Source: Promethearchaeota archaeon
Lineage (GTDB): Archaea > Asgardarchaeota > Lokiarchaeia > Sigyniarchaeales > SOKP01
NCBI GenBank assembly: GCA_048941285.1
Contig: JBHLNS010000027.1
Coordinates: 12,211 to 46,620, forward strand
Length of the DNA: 34,410 bases
Direction: 5' to 3'
The stretch's first letter is position 1, and each line of letters starts with the position of its first letter. This document shows positions 7,464 through 17,487 of this stretch, piece by piece. The position numbers were made by a program, and so were the translations under genes. The notes below the pieces were generated by a model, which worked only from the letters and a program-made list of their open reading frames with translations, was not told where the DNA came from and did no database searches.

Positions 7464-10376
7464 TTAGTAAATTCCAAATTCACGAATTTGTCGAATTAAG
7501 TTTTGAATCTTTTCATCAAATTCTATTATTTGGTTTTGATATTCATTAAAAAATATATTAAATTTCTGAATTTTATCTTGATCAATTACTTTCACAAAAT
7601 CATATGAGAGTCTCTGAATAGTATTGAATATTTGGTCAAATTGCTCAGTTGAGGTTTGAAGATTTTGATTTACATTTTTGCCCCGCTTTCTCACCATATT
7701 ATGGAGTTTACCACGTGGAATTCGAATTCTATCGATCAATCTATCACATTCATTAAGGAACTTATAAGACTCCGTTTTATATTCATCGTCAAGTTTAGTT
7801 TCGATAATCTCAGTTCTCCAAGTATTCATCCTTCCTCTAGCAAAAGTATCGAAATTTAATGATATTGAGTCAATTCCTTCTCTTACTAAAAATCTAAGAA
7901 AATCGGGATCATCGCTAGGAGCTTGACCACAAATTCCAACTTTTTTATTAAATTGATGTGCTATTTTTATTAGCTGACTTAAAGATCTTCGAATTGCTTC
8001 GCTGTTTGTTGTATAAGAATATGATTTTGCCAATGGTATTAATTTTGCTTCATCTCTATCAACCCCATATACCAACTGAGTCAAATCATTTGAGCCAATT
8101 GAAAATCCATCAAAATATTTACAAAATAAATCTGCGCATATGATATTGGAAGGGATTTCTGCCATAACATAGATTTTCAAATCATTCTCACCCTTATTTA
8201 ACCCCTCACTCTCCATTATTTGAATTATTTCATGACCTTCTTCAGGAGACCTACAAAATGGAACCATCGGAACTATATTTGTTAATCCCCACTCTCGAGC
8301 TCGCTTGATAGCTCTTAATTCTAAGATAAATGCGTTCTGAAAATCATTAGAAACATATCGAGAAGCACCTCTGAACCCCATCATGGGATTATGCTCCTCT
8401 TCTTCATATATCCATCCACCAATTAAATTTGCATATTCATTTGTTTTAAAATCTGAAAGACGAACAACACATTCAGCAATACTACCATCACTTAATTCCT
8501 TCCAAACTCCTGCTGCTATAGTAGCAATTCCTTCTGCTATTTTTTGTACATAAAATTCTTCTTTATCAGGATAATTAACGGTTAATTGTCTGATCTTGTC
8601 TAAAGTATTCTTTAACATCAAAATTTCCTGGCTGAAAGGATCTTTATGATACAAATCACTTTTTTTTATATTTTCAATCTTTTTTCTTTGTTCTAGAAGT
8701 ATATCATATCTCATTACTAATGCTTCAAAATCAATCAGAGCATTTGGATGTATCTGAATTTCATCGTTTATTATGAACTCCAACCTTGCTAGTCCTGTTC
8801 CATCGGGGTATTTACCAGAGGACAAAGCACCTTTAGGGATTCCCAAATTGACCAATACTTTAGTTCTCGTAGAGGGGAGCTCAGCAAATTCTATTGTGTC
8901 AAAATCATATTCTACATCCTTCAACCATATTCTTGGTTCTCCTTCACTGCAATCTATGGTTATATATTCTAATCCATAACGTTGCTTTTCTTTCATAATT
9001 TGAACAATATTATCTGCCCCTACTATTGAAGCTATATTTAATTCCCTTGAAACGATTGCTGCATGACAAGTGGGGCCTCCTCTTTCGGTAATTACACCTC
9101 CTAGATTTTGCATATAAGAAGTCCAATCAGGGTTAGTTTCTTCAGTAATTAAAATATCTCCTTCTCGCAACATGTGAGCATCGTTTATTGATTCTATTAT
9201 TTTAATTTTTCCATATCCAATTCTTCTCCCTATGGCAATACCAGTGTTTTCAACAAATAATCCTTCTCCTTTTAATTTATCTGGATCTTCTAAAAGATAA
9301 AATATTTCTTCAACATCTCCTTTAATACTATGAACCGTTTCAGGGCGTGCTTGAACAATGTAAATTTTACTATTATTACCAACTGCCCATTCAATATCCA
9401 TCCTTCTGCCATAATGATCTCTAATTTTTTGTGCGTATTCAGCTAGGATTAATACCTCATTTTCAGTTAGACAGTATCGCAATTGTTTTTCTTGAGGAAC
9501 ATTAACTATTTCTGTGCCAATTTTTTCTCTACCTTTAGAAAAAATCATCATTTTTTCTTTTTTTACTAATTCACGGCGAATTATTCTAAGTTGCTTAGGA
9601 TCATGCTTAAAAACAATGAATTCATCACCTTTTTCAACACCTTGTACTATTAATTCACCCAAACCCCATGTTCCTCTTATAACAACAACATTTGGATTAC
9701 CTGAATCTGGATCTTCAGTAAACATAACACCAGATGCTTTTACACCTCCTCGTCCACCAGCCATCTCTTGGACTCCAACAGATAATTTGACAGCAAAATG
9801 GTCAAATCCTGCGCGCTCTCGGTACATAGTCGCTCTTGTGGTAAAAACAGAAGCCATATCCTTTAAAATATATTCTAAGATTTCTTTTTCTCCGGATATA
9901 TTCAAATGTGTATCTTGCTGTCCAGCAAACGATGCATCAGGTAGATCTTCAGCTGTGGCAGAACTTCTTACAGCAAAGGTAGAATCTTCTCCAATTTTTT
10001 CATTCAATTTTTTGTAAGCATTTAATATCTCATCTGCCAAAGAATCTGGGATTTTTGATTGCTCAATAACATATCTAATATTTGCGCAAATTTTATCTAC
10101 TTTTTCAACTGCCTTGATATCTTCTGATTTCAATTCATCTGATATTCTATTAATATCTCTCGCAATTAGGTCTCGAAGTGAAATTTCCTCTTCTTTAATT
10201 GTAAAGTAATTATTATCAAGCACGTAATCAAATGCCTTTGAGGTTACAGCAAAACCAAGTGGGACCGAAACACCAAAACTTAATAGCTCTCCCAATGAGG
10301 CATTTTTTCCTCCTACAAGAGGAATATCACTTACTCTAACATTTTCAAAGAATTTAATATATATATAATCATTCAT
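7464..10376 (-). CDS. ppsA: Phosphoenolpyruvate synthase (pyruvate, water dikinase)
   Basis: VGGKNASLGE, AVRSSATAEDLPDASFAGQQDT, DIEWA, VQARPETV, phospho-His motif GGPTCHAAIVSRE, RLSDFKTNEY, NPMMGFRG, FSIGSNDLTQ, GICGQ. Confidence 0.96.
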   Translation of the reverse strand: MNDYIYIKFFENVRVSDIPLVGGKNASLGELLSFGVSVPLGFAVTSKAFDYVLDNNYFTIKEEEISLRDLIARDINRISDELKSEDIKAVEKVDKICANIRYVIEQSKIPDSLADEILNAYKKLNEKIGEDSTFAVRSSATAEDLPDASFAGQQDTHLNISGEKEILEYILKDMASVFTTRATMYRERAGFDHFAVKLSVGVQEMAGGRGGVKASGVMFTEDPDSGNPNVVVIRGTWGLGELIVQGVEKGDEFIVFKHDPKQLRIIRRELVKKEKMMIFSKGREKIGTEIVNVPQEKQLRYCLTENEVLILAEYAQKIRDHYGRRMDIEWAVGNNSKIYIVQARPETVHSIKGDVEEIFYLLEDPDKLKGEGLFVENTGIAIGRRIGYGKIKIIESINDAHMLREGDILITEETNPDWTSYMQNLGGVITERGGPTCHAAIVSRELNIASIVGADNIVQIMKEKQRYGLEYITIDCSEGEPRIWLKDVEYDFDTIEFAELPSTRTKVLVNLGIPKGALSSGKYPDGTGLARLEFIINDEIQIHPNALIDFEALVMRYDILLEQRKKIENIKKSDLYHKDPFSQEILMLKNTLDKIRQLTVNYPDKEEFYVQKIAEGIATIAAGVWKELSDGSIAECVVRLSDFKTNEYANLIGGWIYEEEEHNPMMGFRGASRYVSNDFQNAFILELRAIKRAREWGLTNIVPMVPFCRSPEEGHEIIQIMESEGLNKGENDLKIYVMAEIPSNIICADLFCKYFDGFSIGSNDLTQLVYGVDRDEAKLIPLAKSYSYTTNSEAIRRSLSQLIKIAHQFNKKVGICGQAPSDDPDFLRFLVREGIDSISLNFDTFARGRMNTWRTEIIETKLDDEYKTESYKFLNECDRLIDRIRIPRGKLHNMVRKRGKNVNQNLQTSTEQFDQIFNTIQRLSYDFVKVIDQDKIQKFNIFFNEYQNQIIEFDEKIQNLIRQIREFGIY

Positions 10377-10487
10377 ATTAATGAGAAACTCCTAAGCGTT
10401 GGAATAATGCGAAATTCCCTAAATAATAATAATTATTCTTCTGATTATAAATTAAACGTTAATAAAAAAAGTAACGTCAAAACTTGA

Positions 10488-11006
10488 TTAATTTAACTCC
10501 TTTTCAAAAACCTCATAGTCAGAAGCAGTAAATAAACAAAAGATAACTTTTTCAATTTGAGTATTCCCCAATAAATACTCTTTTGTTGTTCTAATCATAA
10601 TTTGAGCACATCGATTAATGGGGTATCCAAAGATTCCCGTAGAAATAGCTGGAAATGCAATTGTTTTAAGTTTATTCTCGTCCATTAATTTTAAACTATT
10701 AATTGTTGCATTTTTTAGTTTAAGATCCTCATTTCCCTCGCCCATTCGTGGTCCTACAGCATGAATAACATACCTAGCTTTGAGATTTCCTCCAGTTGTA
10801 ATAACGGCTCCTCCTACAAAAGTGCCACCTATTTTATAACATTCCTGCTGAATTTTTGGACCTCCTTTTCTATTAATGGCACCAGCTACACCTCCTCCTA
10901 ATATAAGTTGTGCATTAGCTGCGTTTACAATGGCATCGGTATCTAATTCTGTAATATCTCCTTGAACTAAATTTATTAGCGAATTATTTATTTTTAATTC
11001 TTTCAT
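10488..11006 (-). CDS. Macro domain protein (MacroD/YmdB-type ADP-ribose hydrolase)
   Basis: GDIT, DAIVNAAN, GGGVAGAI, VIHAVGP, AFPAISTGIFGYP. Confidence 0.95.
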   Translation of the reverse strand: MKELKINNSLINLVQGDITELDTDAIVNAANAQLILGGGVAGAINRKGGPKIQQECYKIGGTFVGGAVITTGGNLKARYVIHAVGPRMGEGNEDLKLKNATINSLKLMDENKLKTIAFPAISTGIFGYPINRCAQIMIRTTKEYLLGNTQIEKVIFCLFTASDYEVFEKELN

Positions 11007-11060
11007 GATAAGAAACTTTTTAATTATAGATATAAAAATAAAGAAAAAGAAAAAATTAAT

Positions 11061-11771
11061 TTATTCTTCTTCACGGCTTTTTTTGAAGATTTCATCTAGT
11101 TTAGCTTTATCTTCATCAGACATTTTACTCATCGCTTCTATATTTTGCCGCATTAAATCCATCATTATTTTTTGAGAGATCATTTGATTTAATACTGGTA
11201 AAGCGATTCTCATTCGAGTTAATTCATAATGCATTATTTTTGCCGTTTCTCGCATTTCCTTTAACTCTTCAGGAGTCATTCCTTCCTCGCCAACTCCGGG
11301 ACAATCAGCATCAACAACAATATAATTTTTTCCATCAAATTCTAGGGGATACGTACGACAACTTAAAGGGCGATTATCATAGACTAAACACTTTTTATCA
11401 TCTTTATTATATAAAGGGCATTTAACAGTTAGCAAATCTTCTATAGGAACTGTCCCAAATGGATCTTTTGTATCAGTTTCTTCTTCATTTTCCTTTCGAG
11501 GTGGAGGTAGAGGTTTTAAGATTAAATCAATTCCACCATCAGGTTTGTTGTATACATCTAAATAGGGTAAAAAGTTTGCTACAACACCATTTCGGGCCCA
11601 CATCTCTAAATCCCAGAATGTTATAGGAATTGGACCACGAGAAAGACAACACGCATCACATTTTGTGCATTTAAAAGTAAATTTGGCTTTAGGTTTTTCT
11701 TTTTCACTTTCTTCTTTTATTTCAACTTCACTAACATCTGAATTTTGCTGTTCTTTTTCTTCATCAACCAT
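11061..11771 (-). CDS. YkgJ family CxxCxxCC cysteine-cluster protein
   Basis: CTKCDACC, CPLY, CLVY..RPLSCRTYP, CPG. ATG 11771 preferred because the GTG at 11783 is part of an AGGTGAG Shine-Dalgarno. Confidence 0.88.
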   Translation of the reverse strand: MVDEEKEQQNSDVSEVEIKEESEKEKPKAKFTFKCTKCDACCLSRGPIPITFWDLEMWARNGVVANFLPYLDVYNKPDGGIDLILKPLPPPRKENEEETDTKDPFGTVPIEDLLTVKCPLYNKDDKKCLVYDNRPLSCRTYPLEFDGKNYIVVDADCPGVGEEGMTPEELKEMRETAKIMHYELTRMRIALPVLNQMISQKIMMDLMRQNIEAMSKMSDEDKAKLDEIFKKSREEE

Positions 11772-11887
11772 TAGAAAACTCACCTATAATTTAGTAACAA
11801 AGATATGATATATTGAAATCAATTTGAGAAAGAAGAATTCAAACTAGAAAAAAAATTTTATTTTTATCATTAAAAAATTGGTACAAG

Positions 11888-12490
11888 TTATGTTGATTTT
11901 CGGAATAGTTTTTTTTCATTTAAAACGCGTCCGAGATTAATTAAAGCAGGTTCAATTACTTCTTTTTCATTTACTCCTGTAAAAACCACTTTACCAGTAC
12001 TAAATATTAGAAAAACCGATTTTACTGGAATAATCGAGCGAAAAATCAAGCCAGGGAAAACTTCTGGTTCATATATTGAATTTTCAAGTTTTACTGCTGC
12101 GCGATCCAAATTAATTTGAATATTAAAATTAGCCGTTATTACAATGTTTACTACTTTCGGATGAATTAAATTTTTGTTGATATTCTTTTCAAGAATTTTA
12201 TTAAGTTTTAAAATCAATCGGTTTAAAGCTAGTTTTATGTGATTAAAGGATTTTAATCCCGTTAAAATTATTTTTCCATTTTTAAAAAGGATTATTACAC
12301 ATTTTGGGTGGGAAAATCTAGCAAATAGCCCTGGGAAGCGTTCTGAATTATATTCTGTGTTTTGTACGGCTTGTGAGACTTTTTGTAAATCAATATTTTC
12401 CTCTAGATTTAGAGAAGTTTTGACAACTATATTTTGAATTGTATAAGTCAGACTTTTCATATTTTCTTCTGGGATTATTTCAGCATCCAT
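11888..12490 (-). CDS. tbp: TATA-box binding protein
   Basis: Two direct repeats: IQNIVV..YNSERFPGL..ILFKNGKIILTG and VVNIVIT..YEPEVFPGL..LIFSTGKVVFTG. All four DNA-intercalating Phe positions are present. Confidence 0.93.
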   Translation of the reverse strand: MDAEIIPEENMKSLTYTIQNIVVKTSLNLEENIDLQKVSQAVQNTEYNSERFPGLFARFSHPKCVIILFKNGKIILTGLKSFNHIKLALNRLILKLNKILEKNINKNLIHPKVVNIVITANFNIQINLDRAAVKLENSIYEPEVFPGLIFRSIIPVKSVFLIFSTGKVVFTGVNEKEVIEPALINLGRVLNEKKLFRKST

Positions 12491-12571
12491 TTATGGACTC
12501 CTAAAATCTTCTTACTCCTAAATTATTACACTTAGATATTAAGTTGACATTCTATTTAATTCTACTTTTTC

Positions 12572-12637
12572 AATTTACCTCAATCACAAATTCATAGATA
12601 GGTAAATTATTCTGTTTTAACTAATAATTCAGGTAAA
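12572..12637. promoter_or_regulatory. AGGTAAA motif cluster / 9-bp inverted repeat upstream of tbp
   Basis: AATTTACCT (12572-12580) and AGGTAAATT (12600-12608) form an inverted repeat with a 19-bp spacer; a third AGGTAAA lies at 12631-12637. Confidence 0.3.
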
Positions 12638-12803
12638 ATTTATAAACAACTTAACAAAGGAACGAATAATTGCTTTTTTATACTACTTTCAAAAATCAGA
12701 TAACAAATAATATTAAATAGATTAAGAACATAACCTTCCTAATAAAAACTTTTAATACTGTACAATTTTTACCTTTATATACGAGTTTTAATAAACAACT
12801 ATT

Positions 12804-13037
12804 ATGAAGAAATTTATTTTAAAAAAAATAGTTATCTGGGGATTCTTAACAATCAACCTACTATTTGCTTTTTTTATTGGTCTAACAATTCCTTTATTGC
12901 AATCAGCGAGCTATTTGAATCTTGGGTATATTATGATTCCATTATTAATTATCCTTAATTATATAATCTTAGATCGATTCCACTATTATTTAAGACACAC
13001 GAACGATGAAGAGGAGAATAAAAATGCAGAAGCTTAA
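12804..13037 (+). CDS. Small two-TM membrane protein, hypothetical
   Basis: 77 aa, two hydrophobic segments and an acidic tail; overlaps the start of the archaeosortase gene. Confidence 0.6.
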   Translation: MKKFILKKIVIWGFLTINLLFAFFIGLTIPLLQSASYLNLGYIMIPLLIILNYIILDRFHYYLRHTNDEEENKNAEA

Positions 13038-13893
13038 GGGATGGCCTCAAATAAAGAAACCTATTATTGAATATAATAAAAGAAAATACATTTTTTCAAT
13101 TAGGTCTATACTCCTATTTGCTTTTGGTGCACCAATTTCGGCCTATCTTATATATTTATTCTTTGATTTAAGAATTAATTATTGGCTTCATGAAATAGTG
13201 GTAAAACAGACTGTATTTTTTTTAAATTCATTTTTTAATATGGGTGCAGAAGCTCAATTTGCTCCAAGCGGAGTATATGATTGGAGATTTTTTATTCCTG
13301 GCAAGGATCCAATCTATTTTGAGACCTTTTGTACTGGAATTCAAGCGATCTGTATTTTTGCAGGAATTATCATATTTACACCTCATAGCCAAGATTTAAA
13401 TGCAAAAGAGGATATTATATGGAGAAAAACAAAAGCACTTATCGTTTCTTCAGTAATTTTTTATGTTGTTAACATTATAAGAATGTTAATTCAAATCGAT
13501 TTATACTATATTGGTTATGAATGGAACGATATTCATGTATCAATAAGCGCAGCTTCTTCATTTATCGCGGCAATCATTGTCTTATTGATGCATAAATGGA
13601 TTCCAGAATTTATTATATCAATAATTTATACTGGAACTCTCATCAGTGAGCCAATAAAACAGAATAGGAAAAGAAGAGTAAAACAATTAGTTGAAAAAGT
13701 GAATAAAGTTGAACTAAGAACAATGCGTAAGATTTTAAAAATGGATAAAAAGAACTTCTCAAATGATATTACTGCTTGGTCAGAGGACTTTGGTTATATC
13801 ATTGAAGGAGATTATTTGGTTATTTCACCTGAAAAGGTACCAAATTTTGTTATATTATTAATGCAGGATAAACCTTTCAAAAAAGAATCATAG
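13024..13893 (+). CDS. Archaeosortase/exosortase family protein with cytoplasmic C-terminal domain
   Basis: Membrane protein with the Cys-Arg-His triad motifs FCTGI, VNIIRM and DIH. ATG 13024 follows GAGGAG. Confidence 0.85.
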   Translation: MQKLKGWPQIKKPIIEYNKRKYIFSIRSILLFAFGAPISAYLIYLFFDLRINYWLHEIVVKQTVFFLNSFFNMGAEAQFAPSGVYDWRFFIPGKDPIYFETFCTGIQAICIFAGIIIFTPHSQDLNAKEDIIWRKTKALIVSSVIFYVVNIIRMLIQIDLYYIGYEWNDIHVSISAASSFIAAIIVLLMHKWIPEFIISIIYTGTLISEPIKQNRKRRVKQLVEKVNKVELRTMRKILKMDKKNFSNDITAWSEDFGYIIEGDYLVISPEKVPNFVILLMQDKPFKKES

Positions 13894-13951
13894 TAAATTT
13901 TATCTTCTTTTTAGCATAGTTTTTTACTATTAATTATCATTTTATTTAATT

Positions 13952-14854
13952 ATGTTAAATCTAGAAATTGAACAAAAAGAAATCCAAGTAGCTAGTGTAA
14001 CTTTTGGTGGACAGCCAGGAAAAAATCCAATTGTAATGATAGCAACAGTATTTTATGCAAAACATGCTGCCTTATTAGATGAAAGAACAGGAAAATTTGA
14101 TAAAGTTATTCTTGAAAAGGAATTAAATGATTTTACAGAAGTTATTGAAGATACGAGCTTACAAGGAGTAATAGATATCGTTGGGGCATATCCAGATGCA
14201 CTTCTAAAAGAGTGTGAATATATTGCGGATAACGTGGAATACCCATTTTTAGTAGATGGTTTGAACGATATGTCTCGAATTCCTGCTATGAAGGGATTGG
14301 GAGAAATGGGTTTATTAGATAGAGCAATATTAAATAGTATTGATGAAAACACAACTAATGAAAATTTGGAAAAACTGAAAGAGATTGGTGTAAAGAATGC
14401 CGTACTATTAACATTTGGAAATAAATATATTTTTCCACAACAAAAATTAAACTTCTTAAACGAAACATTAATTCCTAAAGCTGAGAAGGCAAATATCGAA
14501 AATTACATTGTTGATACTGCTGTTTTAGATTTACCTTCGATTTCTATCAATTTTGAGACAACAGGGCTCATTAAAAAAGAATTAGGATTACCAACTGGCT
14601 TTGCTCCTGCCAACGCGATATATGGATGGAATTTTATTAAAAAATATGGTGAAGTTGCTCGATGTGGAGCAATTGCTTCTATAATGACTTATTGCGCTGC
14701 TGCTCCGAGTGATTTTATTTTGTTTGGGCCAATAAAATTTGCAAAATGTGTGGTACCTGCAATATCTTTAATTTCAGGGGTAAATTCTTATTACCAGAAA
14801 AGAGTTAAAAGAAATATAATATCTGAAAAAAATCCCTTACAAGTTATTTTTTAA
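13952..14854 (+). CDS. mtrH: MtrH-like (tetrahydromethanopterin/corrinoid methyltransferase subunit H family) protein, stand-alone
   Basis: FGGQPGKNP.VMIATVFY..H, GKFDK, PFLVDG, DRAILNSI, IVDTAVLD, GLPTGFAPANA, DFILFGPI. No other mtr subunits in the window. Confidence 0.85.
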   Translation: MLNLEIEQKEIQVASVTFGGQPGKNPIVMIATVFYAKHAALLDERTGKFDKVILEKELNDFTEVIEDTSLQGVIDIVGAYPDALLKECEYIADNVEYPFLVDGLNDMSRIPAMKGLGEMGLLDRAILNSIDENTTNENLEKLKEIGVKNAVLLTFGNKYIFPQQKLNFLNETLIPKAEKANIENYIVDTAVLDLPSISINFETTGLIKKELGLPTGFAPANAIYGWNFIKKYGEVARCGAIASIMTYCAAAPSDFILFGPIKFAKCVVPAISLISGVNSYYQKRVKRNIISEKNPLQVIF

Positions 14855-16353
14855 GCGATATACCTTAATAATAAATCTTGAGTGTAATTTATAAAGTTTG
14901 ATAATTCCTTCTTGATTTTTTCTTTTTTATTTTCATTATCCACTAAAAATAAAAAGAACATAATATTGTCTTCTAATTGAATTCTTTGAAAAATTATTAT
15001 TGAATTAGCTACCTTAAATACGGCTTCATCTTGCTTTAATGCTTTGAATTTTGCAAAGATTTTAAATAACACGGCAAATTGAGGTGCTGAAACTTCAAAA
15101 ACATTAATAACATCTGATTTTGGAATCTTTGTTAATTCCATTGCTTGATTATTGTAATAATCAGCAAGAACTAACCCATCAACACTTAATAATTGTGTCA
15201 AATAGGTACCTGTTATTAATGAAAAGTTTTTCAAATTATGATTTATCAGATCTCTATTTGGACTTAATTTTGAGATCCCTGAAGAAAATGCGCGTAAAAT
15301 AGTAAAAATCTCAAAAATTGTTGTTATATAAATTTCAATAGGTCGATTTTGGTTAATCTCTTTCAACTTATTTTCAATATATTGAATGTTATCTCGAATT
15401 TCTTTTGAATTTAAGATATCTGAATCTCCTTTTGATAAAATGTAGATAATGGGTGTATTTTGATTGAATTCTTTTATAACACTATTTAAATTTTGAAGAT
15501 AATCAATGCTTTCATCAAATCTAGATTTATTTTTAATATCTATAAAGTAAAACATTAAATCAGCTTCGTATAAATAAATTTCTGCTTTATCTATATATTT
15601 CTCTCTAAATTTTTTTTGTCCGCCTAAATCCCATAGAAATATTGTTGCTCCCAATGCCTCGATAGACTTAATGCTTGCTCCTGCTGTTGGTTTGAGTCCA
15701 ATTAATTTACTATATTTACGATCTACTGAAAGTAGAAAACTAGTTTTACCTGAATCATCCAATCCTGCAAATAAGATTTTCATCTTTCTATGTGTTGTAA
15801 TCGGTGTAGAAGGGTTTTGTTCAATTTCAATTATTTTAGAGAGAAGATCTTTGAAGAATTTTTCAACATCTTCACGTGGAGGATATAATTTACTTATTTC
15901 TTCATCAAATTTTGTAAAAAATTCTAAAACAACAGGTTTAATTCGATTTATGTTATTATATAAAAAGCTACGTTTATTTTCTTCTACTAGTATTGAAAAA
16001 GCTGTCGCGACAGCATTTTTTTCAGAATTTGTTCGAATAAAATGGAAATAAGTAAGAGAGGTTGTGTTAAAATCAGGATAAGGTAATATTGCAAAATATT
16101 GGATTTTTTTAAGATCTTTTTCTTCACTGATTATTTTATCACTGATAAACAGACTTAAGTTTTTAATGGAAATCTGAGTTATATCTCTATATGATAAAAT
16201 TAGTTCATCTTGTTTCTTTTGATCTATAGGAAGCTCCTTTAACTCTTTCTCGCTAATATAATTCGGAAAGCAGTAGATTGGCGTTGGGCCAAGCTCACCA
16301 TATACACTAAAAACAAAACCCTTAACAATTGAAGATTTTAGTAATTCTTCCAT
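14851..16353 (-). CDS. uDENN/longin + Arf/Rag-like small GTPase + roadblock-like domain protein
   Basis: N-terminal GELGPTP and ILPYP; GTPase GLDDSGKTS, KPTAG, WDLGGQ, SKGD, TTIFE; C-terminal LSPNRDLI..L..F..LLSVDGLVLA roadblock pattern. Collinear with 24363..25826. Confidence 0.88.
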   Translation of the reverse strand: MEELLKSSIVKGFVFSVYGELGPTPIYCFPNYISEKELKELPIDQKKQDELILSYRDITQISIKNLSLFISDKIISEEKDLKKIQYFAILPYPDFNTTSLTYFHFIRTNSEKNAVATAFSILVEENKRSFLYNNINRIKPVVLEFFTKFDEEISKLYPPREDVEKFFKDLLSKIIEIEQNPSTPITTHRKMKILFAGLDDSGKTSFLLSVDRKYSKLIGLKPTAGASIKSIEALGATIFLWDLGGQKKFREKYIDKAEIYLYEADLMFYFIDIKNKSRFDESIDYLQNLNSVIKEFNQNTPIIYILSKGDSDILNSKEIRDNIQYIENKLKEINQNRPIEIYITTIFEIFTILRAFSSGISKLSPNRDLINHNLKNFSLITGTYLTQLLSVDGLVLADYYNNQAMELTKIPKSDVINVFEVSAPQFAVLFKIFAKFKALKQDEAVFKVANSIIIFQRIQLEDNIMFFLFLVDNENKKEKIKKELSNFINYTQDLLLRYIA

Positions 16354-16446
16354 GCTAGTAATTTGCTAATTATGAATTTTCACTAATAAATATCTTAATT
16401 TAATTTAAGTAAAGTTAATTATTAATAGCTTTATATTTAAATATAG

Positions 16447-17409
16447 ATGTTTCTTAAAAAAATCGCTGAAAGCATTAGGAATAACCATTATATCATAGAA
16501 AAGAAAGAAATTAACCCTATTGTTCAATTTATTGCTAAAAATTCATTTAAAAGTACTAAAATATTCACTGATATTGGTGAAGATTCAGCGTCCATAGAAA
16601 ATAATAATAAGTTAATTTTGATTACAACTGATAGGATACGTACGTCATTTATCGAGAATTTTCCTTTTGGAGCAGGTTTTAGTTCTATTCTAGTAAGTGT
16701 TGATGATATTTATGCATGCGGTGGAACTCCCTTAGCTGCCAGCATAATCATTTCTGTTAAGGATCCTAAAACTTGTAACGAAATTTTAAAGGGCATATGT
16801 GAAGGTTCCCATAAATTTCAGGTTCCAATTATAAGAGGTCATACAAATGTTCATAGTAAATGCTTCGAACTAAGTTCTACAATGATTGGGGAAATAAGTA
16901 AAGGAGACTATATATCAGCAGGAAATGCTCAAGTGGATGATAACATAATATTAGTTGTTGATTTCGACGGAAAAGTAGGAAAAGCTAGTAAACTATATTA
17001 TGATACAACTACATTTAAATCATCAGAGGAGATCCTCACCAAAAGAAAAGCTATGAATGTTATAGCAAAAGAACATTTATTAAATGCGTCAAAAGATATC
17101 TCAAATGGTGGTATCTTTGGAACATTATTACAAATGACTAAATATTCAGGAGTGGGGGCAGATATCAATATCAAGAGAATTACGATTCCTCCTATTTTGA
17201 TTGAAAATGAATATAATTTAGAAGATTATATTAAAATGTATTTAACTACTTCTTATATAGTAACTGCGACAGAAAGTAATTCGGATAAAGCAATTGAAGT
17301 CTTTAAGGAACATAAAATGAAAGCAGAAGTAATAGGAAAAATTATTGTCGAGAAAAATCTTTTAAAAATAAATAACGGAATAAAATCTCTCGATGTTATT
17401 AGATATTAG
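16447..17409 (+). CDS. AIR synthase-related (PurM-like superfamily) protein, methanogenesis marker 2 / sll0787-like
   Basis: IGEDSA, LITTD, VSVDDIYACGGTP, VPIIRGHT, SKDISNGG.FGTL. Confidence 0.8.
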   Translation: MFLKKIAESIRNNHYIIEKKEINPIVQFIAKNSFKSTKIFTDIGEDSASIENNNKLILITTDRIRTSFIENFPFGAGFSSILVSVDDIYACGGTPLAASIIISVKDPKTCNEILKGICEGSHKFQVPIIRGHTNVHSKCFELSSTMIGEISKGDYISAGNAQVDDNIILVVDFDGKVGKASKLYYDTTTFKSSEEILTKRKAMNVIAKEHLLNASKDISNGGIFGTLLQMTKYSGVGADINIKRITIPPILIENEYNLEDYIKMYLTTSYIVTATESNSDKAIEVFKEHKMKAEVIGKIIVEKNLLKINNGIKSLDVIRY

Positions 17410-17487
17410 TTATTTTTAATAAAAATATTATCATAATTCTTAGCTAAAATTATTTTAAAATAATTAATAAAAAGGAGTCAGAATCTT

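Noticed and set aside
7370-7483. N-terminal extension of the UPF0147 ORF
   Set aside because: Runs through promoter-like DNA; family similarity and the SD point to ATG 7369.
16447-17409. Possible selenophosphate synthetase or selenoprotein
   Set aside because: No N-terminal Cys/Sec-x-x-Lys motif and no in-frame TGA; fits another PurM-like family.
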